A stretch of 39,511 nt of DNA from a virus (taxonomy: Duplodnaviria > Caudoviricetes), in the IMG/VR virus record IMGVR_UViG_3300012952_000039, positions 1-39,511 of that record, one strand, 5' to 3'. Below the pieces are notes generated by a model. That model made no database searches. It was not told the DNA's origin and saw only the letters and a program-made list of their open reading frames with translations. Shown here piece by piece: positions 9,756 to 20,207 of this stretch (positions are counted from its first letter, which is position 1; every line of letters starts with the position of its first letter). Both the position numbers and the translations under genes were made by a program.

Positions 9756-11004
9756 TGTTCATTGCTCCTAATATACCACCTATACCAATACCACCACCTA
9801 GAAGAGTTTGAAGTGTACTAGGTTCTGGAGTTTGCTGATAAACAGTTGATGAAGGTGTACCATAAGCTGCACCAAGATATTGACCAAGGTTCCCCATAGT
9901 TTGTGCAGGAGCAAGTTCGAGTCCTTGAGCTTGTGCTTGAGCTTGATCCAGAAGTGCTTGTTGGTAAAGCTGATTTTGTTGACCCATTGTAGTGTAAGAA
10001 TCTAACAAATTATTTATTCCTGTTAGTCCAAACGTGCCTACATTTAATCCTTGGTTAGCTTGTGTGTTATACATTCCTAGTTGATTAGATAACATGTCTT
10101 GTTGAGCAGCCCCTACTCCTTGTTGAGCAGCTCCTGCTGTTCCATATAAACCCACGTTCCCCGTTGCTTGATTCATTGCTTGTTGACCAATGTTTAATTG
10201 TTGACCTGCTTGTGCCGCTTGTTGTGCACCAACGTTTAACTGATTAGATCCCATGTTTAATTGGTTGTTCAACGCTTGGTTTGCCAGCATGTTAGCTTGT
10301 TGGTAACCTTGGTTTAGTAAACTAGCTTGTAACATCGCTCTATTTCTTTGGGAGTCAGCTGCTAATTGACTTTGAGCAACACCAACTCTTGAACCACCGT
10401 ATGCATTACCAGCACTTGCTCCAAGTTGTGCTTGTTGTATTGCTGCTTGGTTATCGTATTCAGCTAAAGTTGCATCCATAACTTGTTGCTGATAAGGCGA
10501 CATAAATTGTTGGTATGCATTAGGACCTTGATAAGATGCGGCACCTTGCATTGCACCTAAAGATCCTTGTGTTGTTTGCCCCGCTGTTGTTAATCCTGTA
10601 CCTGCTGCAGCCATGTAAGGATCAGCGACGCTTTGTCCTGAGATAGCAGCTAAACTACCTAAGTTAGCAGTGTCCGCAGCATTTTGTAAAGCCGTGGACC
10701 CCGCTCCAATATTTGTGTTTAATAAACCTTGTGCACTTGCACCAAGTGTATTTGCATCTGAAATATAATCTTGATATGCACCAAGACCACCTGAAGGTGC
10801 TGATGATAAACCTTGTGCGATTTGTTGTGCATCCGAAGCTAACGCATCTTGTCCAGCAACAAACTGACTACCATACATTTGATTAGGATCAGCATAAAAA
10901 GGTGAACCTGTTATGGCATTGTTGCCTTGAAAATATTGTGAAAAATTCTCACCTATCGCGGTGACGTAACCCGGAGGTAACTGTTGTGTAATCTGTGTTG
11001 CCAT
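9748..11004 (-). CDS. Gln/Gly/Ala-rich DNA ejection/pilot-like protein, 418 aa
   Basis: FMSPYQQQV...AYGGSR segment typical of podovirus DNA-transfer proteins; Q/A/G-rich helices; hydrophobic Gly-rich C-terminus. Confidence 0.7.
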   Translation of the reverse strand: MATQITQQLPPGYVTAIGENFSQYFQGNNAITGSPFYADPNQMYGSQFVAGQDALASDAQQIAQGLSSAPSGGLGAYQDYISDANTLGASAQGLLNTNIGAGSTALQNAADTANLGSLAAISGQSVADPYMAAAGTGLTTAGQTTQGSLGAMQGAASYQGPNAYQQFMSPYQQQVMDATLAEYDNQAAIQQAQLGASAGNAYGGSRVGVAQSQLAADSQRNRAMLQASLLNQGYQQANMLANQALNNQLNMGSNQLNVGAQQAAQAGQQLNIGQQAMNQATGNVGLYGTAGAAQQGVGAAQQDMLSNQLGMYNTQANQGLNVGTFGLTGINNLLDSYTTMGQQNQLYQQALLDQAQAQAQGLELAPAQTMGNLGQYLGAAYGTPSSTVYQQTPEPSTLQTLLGGGIGIGGILGAMNSG

Positions 11005-12284
11005 TAAGCCATTGCCTCTAATCGATCCATAGTTTGATACATATATTTAGCAGCGGCGCGTGGATCTCCGCTTCCGCCCATCATTTTATCTAAACCCTTC
11101 ATTGCATCTGCTGTTAAAACAAACTCATTTTTTGACAACATTGCAGGTACATCGTCGGCTCTTTCTTTTACACCTTGTGAAACAAACGTACCTTCTCTTC
11201 CGTCTAATTGCATACCTTGTGGTACGCCTGGAGCAGCTTGAGTAATTCCGCCCATATTATAACCGACTCTACCACCATTAGCCATCATAAATCTTTGGTA
11301 CAATTCGTATAAATGATCTTCTCTATATGGTGAATTTTCATAAGTATGTCCAGCTGTTCTTTCATAACTCTTGAACCACTCTGACCATATCTTTCTTTCC
11401 TCTTCTTCGTCTTCTAGTTTTGCTTTATCAATTTCGTCTTTTAATGCCATAACAGAACCTAATGTTCCAGCTACAGCCACAGTTTGTAGTGCTTTACCAA
11501 AGTTAAAATCTGTATACGCACCTGTTATTGGATCGTATTCTCCAAACCCAGGCATAACTCCACCAGCTAAAGAAGAACCCATGTCAGCAGCTTTTTCATA
11601 CCACTTAGGTTCGTAGCCAGGCGCTACATCTGTATCTACTGTCAGTCCAGCATCTTTTATATATGCTCTTTGTTCTAACGGAGAAAGGTCATCTTTAAAT
11701 TCTGTTTGTTCATCTGCTGTGTATCCTGCAAATTCATCAGATTTTAAAAATTCATCTGTAGTCATAGGTTTTGACTCAGTACTACCATACTTCCAAGTTT
11801 CATATTTGTTTTTAAAGTCTTTCATTGTCTTGTCGTCATATCCAGAATCGGCTCCAAACATATTGCCACTATAAGGTTTTAAACCACTGCCTGCATCTCT
11901 TAAAAACTTACTACTATAATCACCGCCTGTTTTTAATGTAGGATCAAGAAAATTCATAAACGAATTAGATTTAGCTCCTACGTCTCCACCCATGGTATTT
12001 TTAAAGCCAGCTGACATTCTTTGTCCAATAGTTCCTTTTGTTGGATCAAATCTACCTGCTTCCCTTATTGCTCTTGCTTGAGGTGATGCTAACGCAATAC
12101 CAGTTGCTAGTGCTGAATAAGGATCAAACTTTCCTTCTCTTTCTTTAAACGAACCAAGTTGGCTGAGAGCCATACTTCCGTAGATACCAAGCTGTGGAGC
12201 TACCATAGGTGCTATAGCACCTAAATAAGGAGCGATCTCCTTTGGTACTAAAGCGTCTCCTAACCAATCAAAAAATGAACTCAT
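11004..12284 (-). CDS. Putative internal virion protein, 426 aa
   Basis: Amphipathic/hydrophobic N-terminus; C-terminal DDVPAMLSKNEFVLTADA module; first gene of the ejection block. Confidence 0.65.
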   Translation of the reverse strand: MSSFFDWLGDALVPKEIAPYLGAIAPMVAPQLGIYGSMALSQLGSFKEREGKFDPYSALATGIALASPQARAIREAGRFDPTKGTIGQRMSAGFKNTMGGDVGAKSNSFMNFLDPTLKTGGDYSSKFLRDAGSGLKPYSGNMFGADSGYDDKTMKDFKNKYETWKYGSTESKPMTTDEFLKSDEFAGYTADEQTEFKDDLSPLEQRAYIKDAGLTVDTDVAPGYEPKWYEKAADMGSSLAGGVMPGFGEYDPITGAYTDFNFGKALQTVAVAGTLGSVMALKDEIDKAKLEDEEEERKIWSEWFKSYERTAGHTYENSPYREDHLYELYQRFMMANGGRVGYNMGGITQAAPGVPQGMQLDGREGTFVSQGVKERADDVPAMLSKNEFVLTADAMKGLDKMMGGSGDPRAAAKYMYQTMDRLEAMA

Positions 12285-12526
12285 TAACTAGACCCGCCTC
12301 CCAGTGGTAATTGTACAACTTTTACGTGTATATCTGTGGCTTTATGAACTGCCCAAGATTCGCCGCAGTTCGAGCAGGTGCCGGTTGCCTGTTCTTCTGA
12401 ATCTACTTCATTTCCACAGTTTTTACAATATATTCGTTGATATACTTCAGGTTGTATTATAGGGACTTTTTTATTATCCCCTATCTGTGTATGACCCAAA
12501 ACCTTAGCGTCTTGTACTTTCTTCAT
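12284..12526 (-). CDS. Small zinc-ribbon protein
   Basis: CKNC and CSNC pairs; coupled to both neighbours by stop/start overlaps. Confidence 0.7.
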   Translation of the reverse strand: MKKVQDAKVLGHTQIGDNKKVPIIQPEVYQRIYCKNCGNEVDSEEQATGTCSNCGESWAVHKATDIHVKVVQLPLGGGSS

Positions 12527-12882
12527 GGTGTTATCTCCAGTATGGAAGCCACAACGTGAAGAGCATTGCCTCCACTTGCTTGAACTTTTAAAATATCACT
12601 ATTTTCCAATACAATAGGTCTAGTTAACAATTCCTCATAAGTATTTGCACCTATGCTTTTTAAATTAGCTATCTTAATATCAGTACTTAGGCTAGCGTCC
12701 GTTATCAACGCGGTTATGGTAACAGCACCCGCACTATCATTAGTTACCCTTATAGCATTAACTATAGCTTGCACCGGTTTTTGTGGTGGGGTAGTTGTTA
12801 CGTCTGCTGTTGGGACCGTATACAAAGTAGTTAGGTTTGTGTTAGCTAAATCTACGCTTCTATTTAAATATACATCACTCAT
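12523..12882 (-). CDS. Small beta-rich virion structural protein
   Basis: Start moved to MSDVYL (ATG at 12882, overlapping the TGA of the upstream 55-aa ORF); TTLYTVP...IVLENSDILKV pattern. Confidence 0.65.
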   Translation of the reverse strand: MSDVYLNRSVDLANTNLTTLYTVPTADVTTTPPQKPVQAIVNAIRVTNDSAGAVTITALITDASLSTDIKIANLKSIGANTYEELLTRPIVLENSDILKVQASGGNALHVVASILEITP

Positions 12883-13046
12883 ACTAAAAACCACTTTCTT
12901 GCATTTAGTTCATCTTTAACATCTTGTTGGTATGTAAAGTTTAATTGTTGAACTATGTTTTCTAACTCACGTATTAACATATCTTGCTGTGTTCTATCAA
13001 ATATTTCTTTTGGTAAAGGAAACCTTGTTACTCTAATCTTTGCCAT
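12879..13046 (-). CDS. 55-aa hypothetical virion-associated protein (not in ORF track)
   Basis: MAKIRVTRFPLPKEIFDRTQQDMLIRELENIVQQLNFTYQQDVKDELNARKWFLV; TAATG overlap upstream and ATGA overlap downstream; fills the gap exactly. Confidence 0.8.
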   Translation of the reverse strand: MAKIRVTRFPLPKEIFDRTQQDMLIRELENIVQQLNFTYQQDVKDELNARKWFLV

Positions 13047-14887
13047 TATCTAGATCCGTCCGGTGTTACATCTAATCGTAAAGTTCCAAATCGCCAATCA
13101 GTATCTACTGAATTATTAGATATTTTAACATTTGCTTGTCGACCTCTACCACGAACAGAGAAATATTTAGTTGTAGGTGATATACCTGTTTTTTGAAACG
13201 TTCTTATATTAGATGTTGTTGGATAGTTTGCAAAATTTATATCAATAGTGATGTCACCAACTTGGTTTTTAAAATCAGGTATAACTCTACTTGTATGAAA
13301 AACAGTTTGCCCATCCTCAATATCAAAATCACCTGAAGTTATAAATGCTTCCATATTACCACCATCAGCATTTAAACCTGTTTCATGACTATAGATTGTA
13401 GAACAACCAGCAGTTACACCGTGTATAACTTCGTTGTTTGGTAATGAGGTTGAACTATAATAAACACCGTATGGTTTTGGATAAACACCACGATCAATCC
13501 ATGTTGTTCTAGCCAAGTCATTTGTATACCAAACGTTCTCTAAATAATTATAGGTTACGCTTCGATCTAAATAATCAGAACCATTAGAAGCATAGTACCA
13601 AGTAACTTCGTTATAGTCAGAATTAATACCACAACAGATTTGTACATAAGAAGACGTTTCAATATCGTCGTAAACATAATCTTGAACTAAACAATCTAGT
13701 TTTTTAACAGCACCGTCAAACATATAAAAAGAAGTTTGAGACATCCAATAAGTTACACCATTGATTTCAGCCATAGCTTGTGGAGACACTGCTCCACAGT
13801 TAGAACCAATTTGTGTTAAACCAAAAATAAAAGGAGGTCCAATGTTATTAACAACATGTAATGCGGTGTCAGTCCACACAAGAATAGATCCACGAGAACG
13901 GACAGCAGCCATTATCTTAGATCCATCTTGCACTCTAAACGATCCAGCTGTATTGGTGCTTGATGGCGTCCAATTAGTGTAATCTTCTTGTGAAGAAAAT
14001 CTAAAAAATAAATCATCTTGTGTGTTTGCTTGACCTATAGTTGTTTCCGTACCCATTAAAAATATATGTCTGTCAGGTGAAGAAACTAAAACAACTCTAC
14101 TTGTTCCTGGCGCTTGTGAAATCTTTACCGCTCTGTTTGATGTTCCACCAGATAAATCCCAACGGAACAATGCACCATCTCCTCGACAAGCTAACAGGTC
14201 TTCACCAAACGTATCAAAGCTCCAGCTTGTTGCTTCAAGAATTAAGTTAGACCCTTGTCTAGCTTCACCCCAACCATCAACGCCTGTTGTTGTACCCCAT
14301 GTTCCAGTACCCCAACCAAAACCGTATGAACTTCTAGCTGCACCAACAGGTAATTGATACTTCGCGTTTCCCGATCCACCGCCTCCGTTTGTAGATCCAG
14401 AAGCTGCACTACTATGTGTTAATGTATAATTATTTGCATCTGTTACTGTTGTAACTTCAAACTCACCATTCATGTCTAATCCGTCTATTGCACTAAACGA
14501 ATCAAAGGTTACAAAATCCCCGACGCTCGCTCCGTGCGACGTGTGTGTAACAGTCACTGTAGCTGTGCCGTTTGTTGTAAATGGATTTGACAATGATGCT
14601 TCTAATCTAAGGGGTGTAATGTCATAACTAACACCTTCTGAATACACATACAGTTTTCTATCTGTTCCAATGGCAATATATCTTACACCATTAAGAGAAA
14701 CCCATGCATGACTAGCACGAGCAACACCTACTAATCTTTCTTGTTGCACCTTTGACCAACCACCTATCTTTTCTGGTAGTCCATTTCTAAATCTAACGTT
14801 TTTAGAATCAACCCACTTACCTTCAGCACCGTAAGTTGTTATTTGTTTATCTATTCCTGGAGCAAATTGTACTTTTGATAAAGGCAT
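13046..14887 (-). CDS. Tail nozzle / packaged-DNA stabilisation protein (P22 gp10 / T7 gp12-like)
   Basis: 613 aa, beta-propeller-like W/D/S-rich sequence, immediately before the ejection block. Contains an inserted Thr-rich beta domain (VTVTHTSHGASVGDFVTF). Confidence 0.75.
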   Translation of the reverse strand: MPLSKVQFAPGIDKQITTYGAEGKWVDSKNVRFRNGLPEKIGGWSKVQQERLVGVARASHAWVSLNGVRYIAIGTDRKLYVYSEGVSYDITPLRLEASLSNPFTTNGTATVTVTHTSHGASVGDFVTFDSFSAIDGLDMNGEFEVTTVTDANNYTLTHSSAASGSTNGGGGSGNAKYQLPVGAARSSYGFGWGTGTWGTTTGVDGWGEARQGSNLILEATSWSFDTFGEDLLACRGDGALFRWDLSGGTSNRAVKISQAPGTSRVVLVSSPDRHIFLMGTETTIGQANTQDDLFFRFSSQEDYTNWTPSSTNTAGSFRVQDGSKIMAAVRSRGSILVWTDTALHVVNNIGPPFIFGLTQIGSNCGAVSPQAMAEINGVTYWMSQTSFYMFDGAVKKLDCLVQDYVYDDIETSSYVQICCGINSDYNEVTWYYASNGSDYLDRSVTYNYLENVWYTNDLARTTWIDRGVYPKPYGVYYSSTSLPNNEVIHGVTAGCSTIYSHETGLNADGGNMEAFITSGDFDIEDGQTVFHTSRVIPDFKNQVGDITIDINFANYPTTSNIRTFQKTGISPTTKYFSVRGRGRQANVKISNNSVDTDWRFGTLRLDVTPDGSR

Positions 14888-15126
14888 TATTCTTTTTCCT
14901 CGTCTTCTATAACATTTCCATCACTATCATATTTTATGGGAACACTATCCTTCATGAAATTTTCTACAGGTAGAGGATTAGCTAGTTGTTCAATCATAGC
15001 CTTGTCTCTTTGGTCTTGTAGTTCTTCATTTGTTGGACCTTGCATATGTTCCTCATACCTTTCTTCAAGGACTTTACCATTTGCATCTATTTTTTGGTAT
15101 GTTATATTTTTAACTATATTAGGCAT
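14887..15126 (-). CDS. Hypothetical acidic protein (79 aa), possible fibre assembly factor
   Basis: Start moved to MPNIVK (ATG at 15126, TAATG overlap with the 852-aa gene). Confidence 0.6.
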   Translation of the reverse strand: MPNIVKNITYQKIDANGKVLEERYEEHMQGPTNEELQDQRDKAMIEQLANPLPVENFMKDSVPIKYDSDGNVIEDEEKE

Positions 15127-17684
15127 TATAATCCATCCGTTCCTGCATTTACACAATTTGCAAAATCTCCCAATCTTACACCAAATTTTACATTAGAGAT
15201 AGGCAGATTTGTATTTGATTGTCTCCAACCATAAGATTGAGCGCCAGTGTTTAAAGCTGGAGATATACTTTTTACATAACCATTAGGGGCAGAAGTCGTA
15301 GCTGAAATGCTTCCACCTACTCCTCCCTGATCAAGAGGGTCCCAAGATGTAGCTAGTTGATGATACTCAGTCCGAACTGACGGACCAGGCGAAGCCGTTT
15401 GTGGCTTTGTCTTAGTAAGATCACTATCATTTCTATATATATATAAATTAGCACCACTGGCATATCCTCGAATGCCATTGCCATTTAAAATACCTGCACC
15501 ATCACCCATATTTCCGCCTGGAGGGAACTGGCTGTTATAAGATGGACTAGAGTTTGGACCACCCACATTATTCATAAAGTTTGCTATTTCACTAGCAACA
15601 GTGCTAGGCGATGCTCCTGCGGTATGATAAATATAGTTGGTCCATGAAAAATTTGTACCAAACTCATCTACAAAATACATTGAAATTTTAGAATGAGCGT
15701 TTGTATCTATTGCTCTTGCTTCATGTCCAGAACCCCAAAGTCCTCCTGATTGATTACCATAAACGTAAGCACTTCCATCATACCAAGACATACCAAACAT
15801 ACCACCATTAGTTGAACTCGTGTTTGACCAAAATATATCTCGACCTGTGTTATTGGTTAAAGCGACAGTTAACACTGCACCACTACGAGAGTAGTTAACT
15901 GCAATGTTAGAACTACCAGGAAACGGAGTTCCACCAAAAGTAAAAGAATTTGAATTATTGTTTGCCCAGTAAGCCGCAACGTCAGGTCCATTATTACCAT
16001 AGTTTCCCGATCCACCAACATAGTTACCACCAGCTGTTGAACCATTATCGCCTCTTACATTAACTTGTACATAGGGTCCAGTATTCCAAGCTTGACCCAA
16101 ACCTAACCCATCACCCCCTCCTGGAGAAGTATAGTTTATTGGGTAATAAAACATTCCACTGTAGAGAACAGACCCACCAGATGCTAAAGGAGAAAAAGAT
16201 GTACATGTTTGCCTTGCATAACCTGTTTGTCCGTTTTTTATAATACCTACATCCTTTGCAGTTGGATAAGGCCCTATGGGCATATAAGAAGCAGGATTAT
16301 ATTCTGTCCCACCTGTTCCAGTAAAATTAAATTTCCACATTGGTCTTTTGTTTGATTTAGTTACACTTGCTGGATTGGAATTTGGTATTAAATTAATTGC
16401 CAAAGGAGTTCTTACAGAAGCAATGTCAGCGTGTAATGGAACACTGGCACTGTTAGGTAAACCACCAGCTGGATAGGTAGGAACTTCAGATCCTAACTTA
16501 GATGCATAAAACCAAGATTGAGACATTAATTCTGTGTTTGAACAAACCCATAACATATTCCAAGTAGTAGGGTCTTGTCCCGTATTACCTTGACCAACGG
16601 GTATACCTGTTCCTGGACTGTTAAGACGATTCATACGAGTCGTATTTTTTCTAAGAACATAGTCGCTGGTCGAATTCGTTTTATCTCCTGATTGCCACCT
16701 ACCTTGTACACTTGCTGGTCCAATTACAGTTGCATAATTACTTGCTGTAGTTTTATCACTAGCGTGTTCAGGAAAATAATAATTTGGACTAGCACCATTT
16801 ATAAAAGTCGGAGTTACACCAGATGTGTTAGGAAAATTAGCAGTTTGAAGATCAAGAATTACCCAGGTAAAACCATTTGACCAAAATTGATTGCTTGTGT
16901 TATATACAGCTCCATTATTAGTAACACCTGTTGCTAAATTTGATCCACTACTATTAGGTGTAGTGCATATATAAAACGGAATATCTACACTAGAATTTAA
17001 AGCAAAATATATTTTTCTAGTTCTTTTTGTTACGTACAGGATAGGAAAGTTTAGCATGCAATAATCAGATGAAGAATTGAACGCGTTTGTGACTTCCTCG
17101 CTATTACTATTATTAATAAGCGTGTAAGCTAAATTTCCACCTGTTGCTTGGTTTTGAACAGGATGAACAAAACGTTTTACATCTAAACCACGATAAGGTC
17201 CTTGACCATCTCTTTGTTCATTCATAAAGTCACCATCGTCAAGGGCAAATAAGGATCCCAGCCTTGTGTCTCCATTTCTTGTGAGAGCGTGGTTGGAATT
17301 ATAAGCCGCTGGGGGATTAGTTCCTTCACCTAAAGAACTATTACCAAACGATGAAAAAATATGTCTACCATCAGGCGCATTATAAGTACCACTTGCATCA
17401 GAAATTGAGTCTCCCCAAGTTACGCCCATTTCAAGTTGTGTTGAATTAAATCTAAAATAAGTTCTAGTTACAGGAGGAGAAACTCCACTAGTTTTACTAC
17501 CGGTTATTGCTTGGTACGGTCCAGCATCTGGCCAAGTTTCTTTTGTAACGGTTACATATAAATCAGCGTTTGTAGTTGTACGATCAGCGGTGTAGTCTCC
17601 AAGTTTTACATTAGTAGCTGGTTGACCCCACTCACTAGCTAACGAACTTAATGTTATGCCTGTACCTAAATTACCTATTGTCAT
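15126..17684 (-). CDS. Large receptor-binding/adhesin-like tail protein, 852 aa
   Basis: N/G/S/T-rich beta composition; N-terminal GITLSSLASEWG resembles fibre-tip attachment segments; follows a chaperone-bearing fibre. Confidence 0.65.
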   Translation of the reverse strand: MTIGNLGTGITLSSLASEWGQPATNVKLGDYTADRTTTNADLYVTVTKETWPDAGPYQAITGSKTSGVSPPVTRTYFRFNSTQLEMGVTWGDSISDASGTYNAPDGRHIFSSFGNSSLGEGTNPPAAYNSNHALTRNGDTRLGSLFALDDGDFMNEQRDGQGPYRGLDVKRFVHPVQNQATGGNLAYTLINNSNSEEVTNAFNSSSDYCMLNFPILYVTKRTRKIYFALNSSVDIPFYICTTPNSSGSNLATGVTNNGAVYNTSNQFWSNGFTWVILDLQTANFPNTSGVTPTFINGASPNYYFPEHASDKTTASNYATVIGPASVQGRWQSGDKTNSTSDYVLRKNTTRMNRLNSPGTGIPVGQGNTGQDPTTWNMLWVCSNTELMSQSWFYASKLGSEVPTYPAGGLPNSASVPLHADIASVRTPLAINLIPNSNPASVTKSNKRPMWKFNFTGTGGTEYNPASYMPIGPYPTAKDVGIIKNGQTGYARQTCTSFSPLASGGSVLYSGMFYYPINYTSPGGGDGLGLGQAWNTGPYVQVNVRGDNGSTAGGNYVGGSGNYGNNGPDVAAYWANNNSNSFTFGGTPFPGSSNIAVNYSRSGAVLTVALTNNTGRDIFWSNTSSTNGGMFGMSWYDGSAYVYGNQSGGLWGSGHEARAIDTNAHSKISMYFVDEFGTNFSWTNYIYHTAGASPSTVASEIANFMNNVGGPNSSPSYNSQFPPGGNMGDGAGILNGNGIRGYASGANLYIYRNDSDLTKTKPQTASPGPSVRTEYHQLATSWDPLDQGGVGGSISATTSAPNGYVKSISPALNTGAQSYGWRQSNTNLPISNVKFGVRLGDFANCVNAGTDGL

Positions 17685-18474
17685 GGTTCACCTTGGCGGA
17701 CAGCTCATTAATTGCTTGCACAAGCAGTCCAATTAATTTTTCATACTTCACACCAAGTGTGCCATCTTCTCTCTCAGCAACAACTTCAGGACAAACTTTA
17801 GCAACGTCCTGAGCAACAATTCCTACATCGTGTTTTCTTACAAAATACCCATCTTCGCCACCACGTTTTTTAATATGGTCAGCTTTCCAATCAAACTCAA
17901 CACCACGAATAGCATTAACTTTTTCTAGTGCATCTGTTATTGTAGTTATGTTTTCTTTTAATCTTTCATCAGATGTATAATAAGCAGTGACTTCAGAACT
18001 AAACCTACCTTCTCCTCCATTTGTTAAAAAAACTGTATTAGAATTAGCTGTAGAGTTAGTAAAAAGTTTCAAACCTACATCACCGATTAAAGCAACCTGA
18101 TGATTAGCAGCTGAATTGCTTTTAATTTCACCACTAGCACCATTTAAAGAAACATAAGAATTGGAACCACTTTCAAATTTCCAAGGAACCGTACCTCCGT
18201 CTCTAAATTTTCCATCGTAGATATAGTTATTGTTTCCATTAGTGCCAAAATTTAATTGTACTCCATTAGCTAATGTAGCATTAGCAGCCATTGTGCCACC
18301 AGATCCTTTAGAAAGTTTATCTGCTAGCCCTGTTGTAACATCCTGAGCTAATCCATTTAAATGACCAAGTTCTGTGCTATCAATAGTACCAGGTTTTACT
18401 GATGTAGTTTCAATCGAGTTAGCAACTATAGCACTACCGTCAATTGCATATTTTTTTGATTCGTAAGTAGCCAT
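17671..18474 (-). CDS. Tail fibre with C-terminal intramolecular chaperone (peptidase S74)
   Basis: YYTSDERLKENI autocleavage site, then GVEFDW, GIVAQDV, VKYEKLIGLLVQAINEL. Confidence 0.88.
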   Translation of the reverse strand: MATYESKKYAIDGSAIVANSIETTSVKPGTIDSTELGHLNGLAQDVTTGLADKLSKGSGGTMAANATLANGVQLNFGTNGNNNYIYDGKFRDGGTVPWKFESGSNSYVSLNGASGEIKSNSAANHQVALIGDVGLKLFTNSTANSNTVFLTNGGEGRFSSEVTAYYTSDERLKENITTITDALEKVNAIRGVEFDWKADHIKKRGGEDGYFVRKHDVGIVAQDVAKVCPEVVAEREDGTLGVKYEKLIGLLVQAINELSAKVNHDNR

Positions 18475-18477
18475 AAA

Positions 18478-18687
18478 TTATTCTCCCGTGCTTTTTGGTC
18501 TTCCTAGGGCCTCGTTAGTGTTTATACCATCTGGGTCTGCTAGTATATCAATTCTTACAACTATTGTAACCGCTAAATTCTTGGACATAAACTCCTCGAC
18601 CACGTTATCAATGTTTTTCTCAGAAACGTATTCCTTATTATGGATAACCCCATCCCCATTATCATAGTACATTTTATATGTTGCCAT
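18478..18687 (-). CDS. Hypothetical protein in tail module (69 aa)
   Basis: In-operon ORF with TAATG coupling to the upstream gene. Confidence 0.6.
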   Translation of the reverse strand: MATYKMYYDNGDGVIHNKEYVSEKNIDNVVEEFMSKNLAVTIVVRIDILADPDGINTNEALGRPKSTGE

Positions 18688-19595
18688 TATACAATCCTCA
18701 CAAATTTAAACGAAGCACGGCCATTTCCTCCTGGTCCTCCGGGGGTACTACCACCACCTAAAGAAGGGTTGTAACTAATTTGACCTGCGCCTCCTCCCCC
18801 TCCGGCACCCAAACCACCAGGTTGACCTATTGAACTATTCGTTCCTCCAGCTCCACCTGAACCACCACCAGGTGATGATTGAGGAGCTCCAGCTGAACCA
18901 TTAATTAAACAGTTATCACCACCACAGTTTCCTCCAGCTCCACCTGCGGCTCCATTATTATGTGACCCAGAACCTATAACTGTACCAGCGTTAGTAGTGC
19001 CTGTTACGCCTCCGGCTACATTAGTTGCAGCACCTCCGCCACCTGCACTGTTACTACGAAGAGGTCCTTGAACTCCACCACCAGAACACGAAGCACCTCC
19101 GCCTCCTGAAAATACACCTAATAAACCTGTAGAAGTACCTGTAATAGTTGTGTTACCGCCTGTTCCAGAAGAGCCACTATATACACCTGTTCCTGCAGCT
19201 CCACCTCCTCCGATTGCGATAGTTATTGTTTCACCTTCTGTAACTGACCAAGCTTTATTAGTCACTCTAGCACCTGATCCTCCACCACCTCCAGCAGATT
19301 CTCCTCCAGCTTTATCATAATCAGCACCACGTTGACCACCGCCTCCTCCACCAAAAGCATATTCAAAATAGATAGCGTTAGCACCTTGTGGTACAACATA
19401 TGCGTTGTTGCCCACACTGGACACGGTTGTAAAACTAGCTGGTTCTTGATACGCTACAAAAACTTGTCTCCAAGTTCCATTATCATTTACGTAAGCTTCT
19501 TGTACAGCTCTCCAAGTAGAGCTGTCTTTAACATGTATTTCTTGTATTTCTCTCCAAGCAAGAGTAGCGTCTTTAACAAATGTTTTTGCAGCCAT
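18687..19595 (-). CDS. Glycine-rich fibre-tip adhesin (gp38-like polyglycine)
   Basis: Three Trp-containing N-terminal repeats (AWREI, TWRAV, TWRQV), then many GGGGG tracts. Confidence 0.75.
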   Translation of the reverse strand: MAAKTFVKDATLAWREIQEIHVKDSSTWRAVQEAYVNDNGTWRQVFVAYQEPASFTTVSSVGNNAYVVPQGANAIYFEYAFGGGGGGQRGADYDKAGGESAGGGGGSGARVTNKAWSVTEGETITIAIGGGGAAGTGVYSGSSGTGGNTTITGTSTGLLGVFSGGGGASCSGGGVQGPLRSNSAGGGGAATNVAGGVTGTTNAGTVIGSGSHNNGAAGGAGGNCGGDNCLINGSAGAPQSSPGGGSGGAGGTNSSIGQPGGLGAGGGGGAGQISYNPSLGGGSTPGGPGGNGRASFKFVRIV

Positions 19596-20206
19596 TAATA
19601 TTTATACCAAACATCACCATTAACGCCTCCGCTAGGGTCAGACGTACTCAAAGTGTAGTTATGGCCTCCTCTCGCGTTTGCTAAAGTTCCGCTAGATATA
19701 TTACTTGCATTTAAACTTGTAAGTGCTGAACCATCCCCTGATACAGAAGTCGCAGTTACTGAACCATTAACATCGATACCGCCAGAAGTAGTATCTAGTT
19801 TTTTAGCATTACTATAATAAAGTCCAATACCAGCATTTTCTATACATGTAATAAAGTCATCATTATCAGTTTGAGATTTTAAAACGATATTATTACCTCT
19901 AATATGTAAAGGTCCTGATCCACTTTCAGTTATAAAACTAGTGTCATTACTATCATCGTGATGAATAGTTAAATCATTTCCTGCACCAAATTTAGCTTTT
20001 ATGTCGTCAGCAAAAGAGATTCCATTACTGGTGATAGTACCCCCAGCCGCACTTAATTTTGTTCCTAGTTGTGTATTGATAGAGGTATCTGTATCTACTG
20101 TTTGAAACTCAGCATTAGTAACACTTCCATCTGCTATGTTTGCAGCATTAATACCGGTTACGTTTGCACCTGAAATTGCATATCGTTTAGATTCATATGT
20201 TGCCAC
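19595..20206 (-). CDS. Short tail fibre protein (GTG start)
   Basis: KFGAGNDLTIHHD and LYYSNAKKLDTTSGGIDVNG fibre repeats; ends PSGGVNGDVWYKY. Confidence 0.75.
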   Translation of the reverse strand: MATYESKRYAISGANVTGINAANIADGSVTNAEFQTVDTDTSINTQLGTKLSAAGGTITSNGISFADDIKAKFGAGNDLTIHHDDSNDTSFITESGSGPLHIRGNNIVLKSQTDNDDFITCIENAGIGLYYSNAKKLDTTSGGIDVNGSVTATSVSGDGSALTSLNASNISSGTLANARGGHNYTLSTSDPSGGVNGDVWYKY

Positions 20207-20207
20207 A

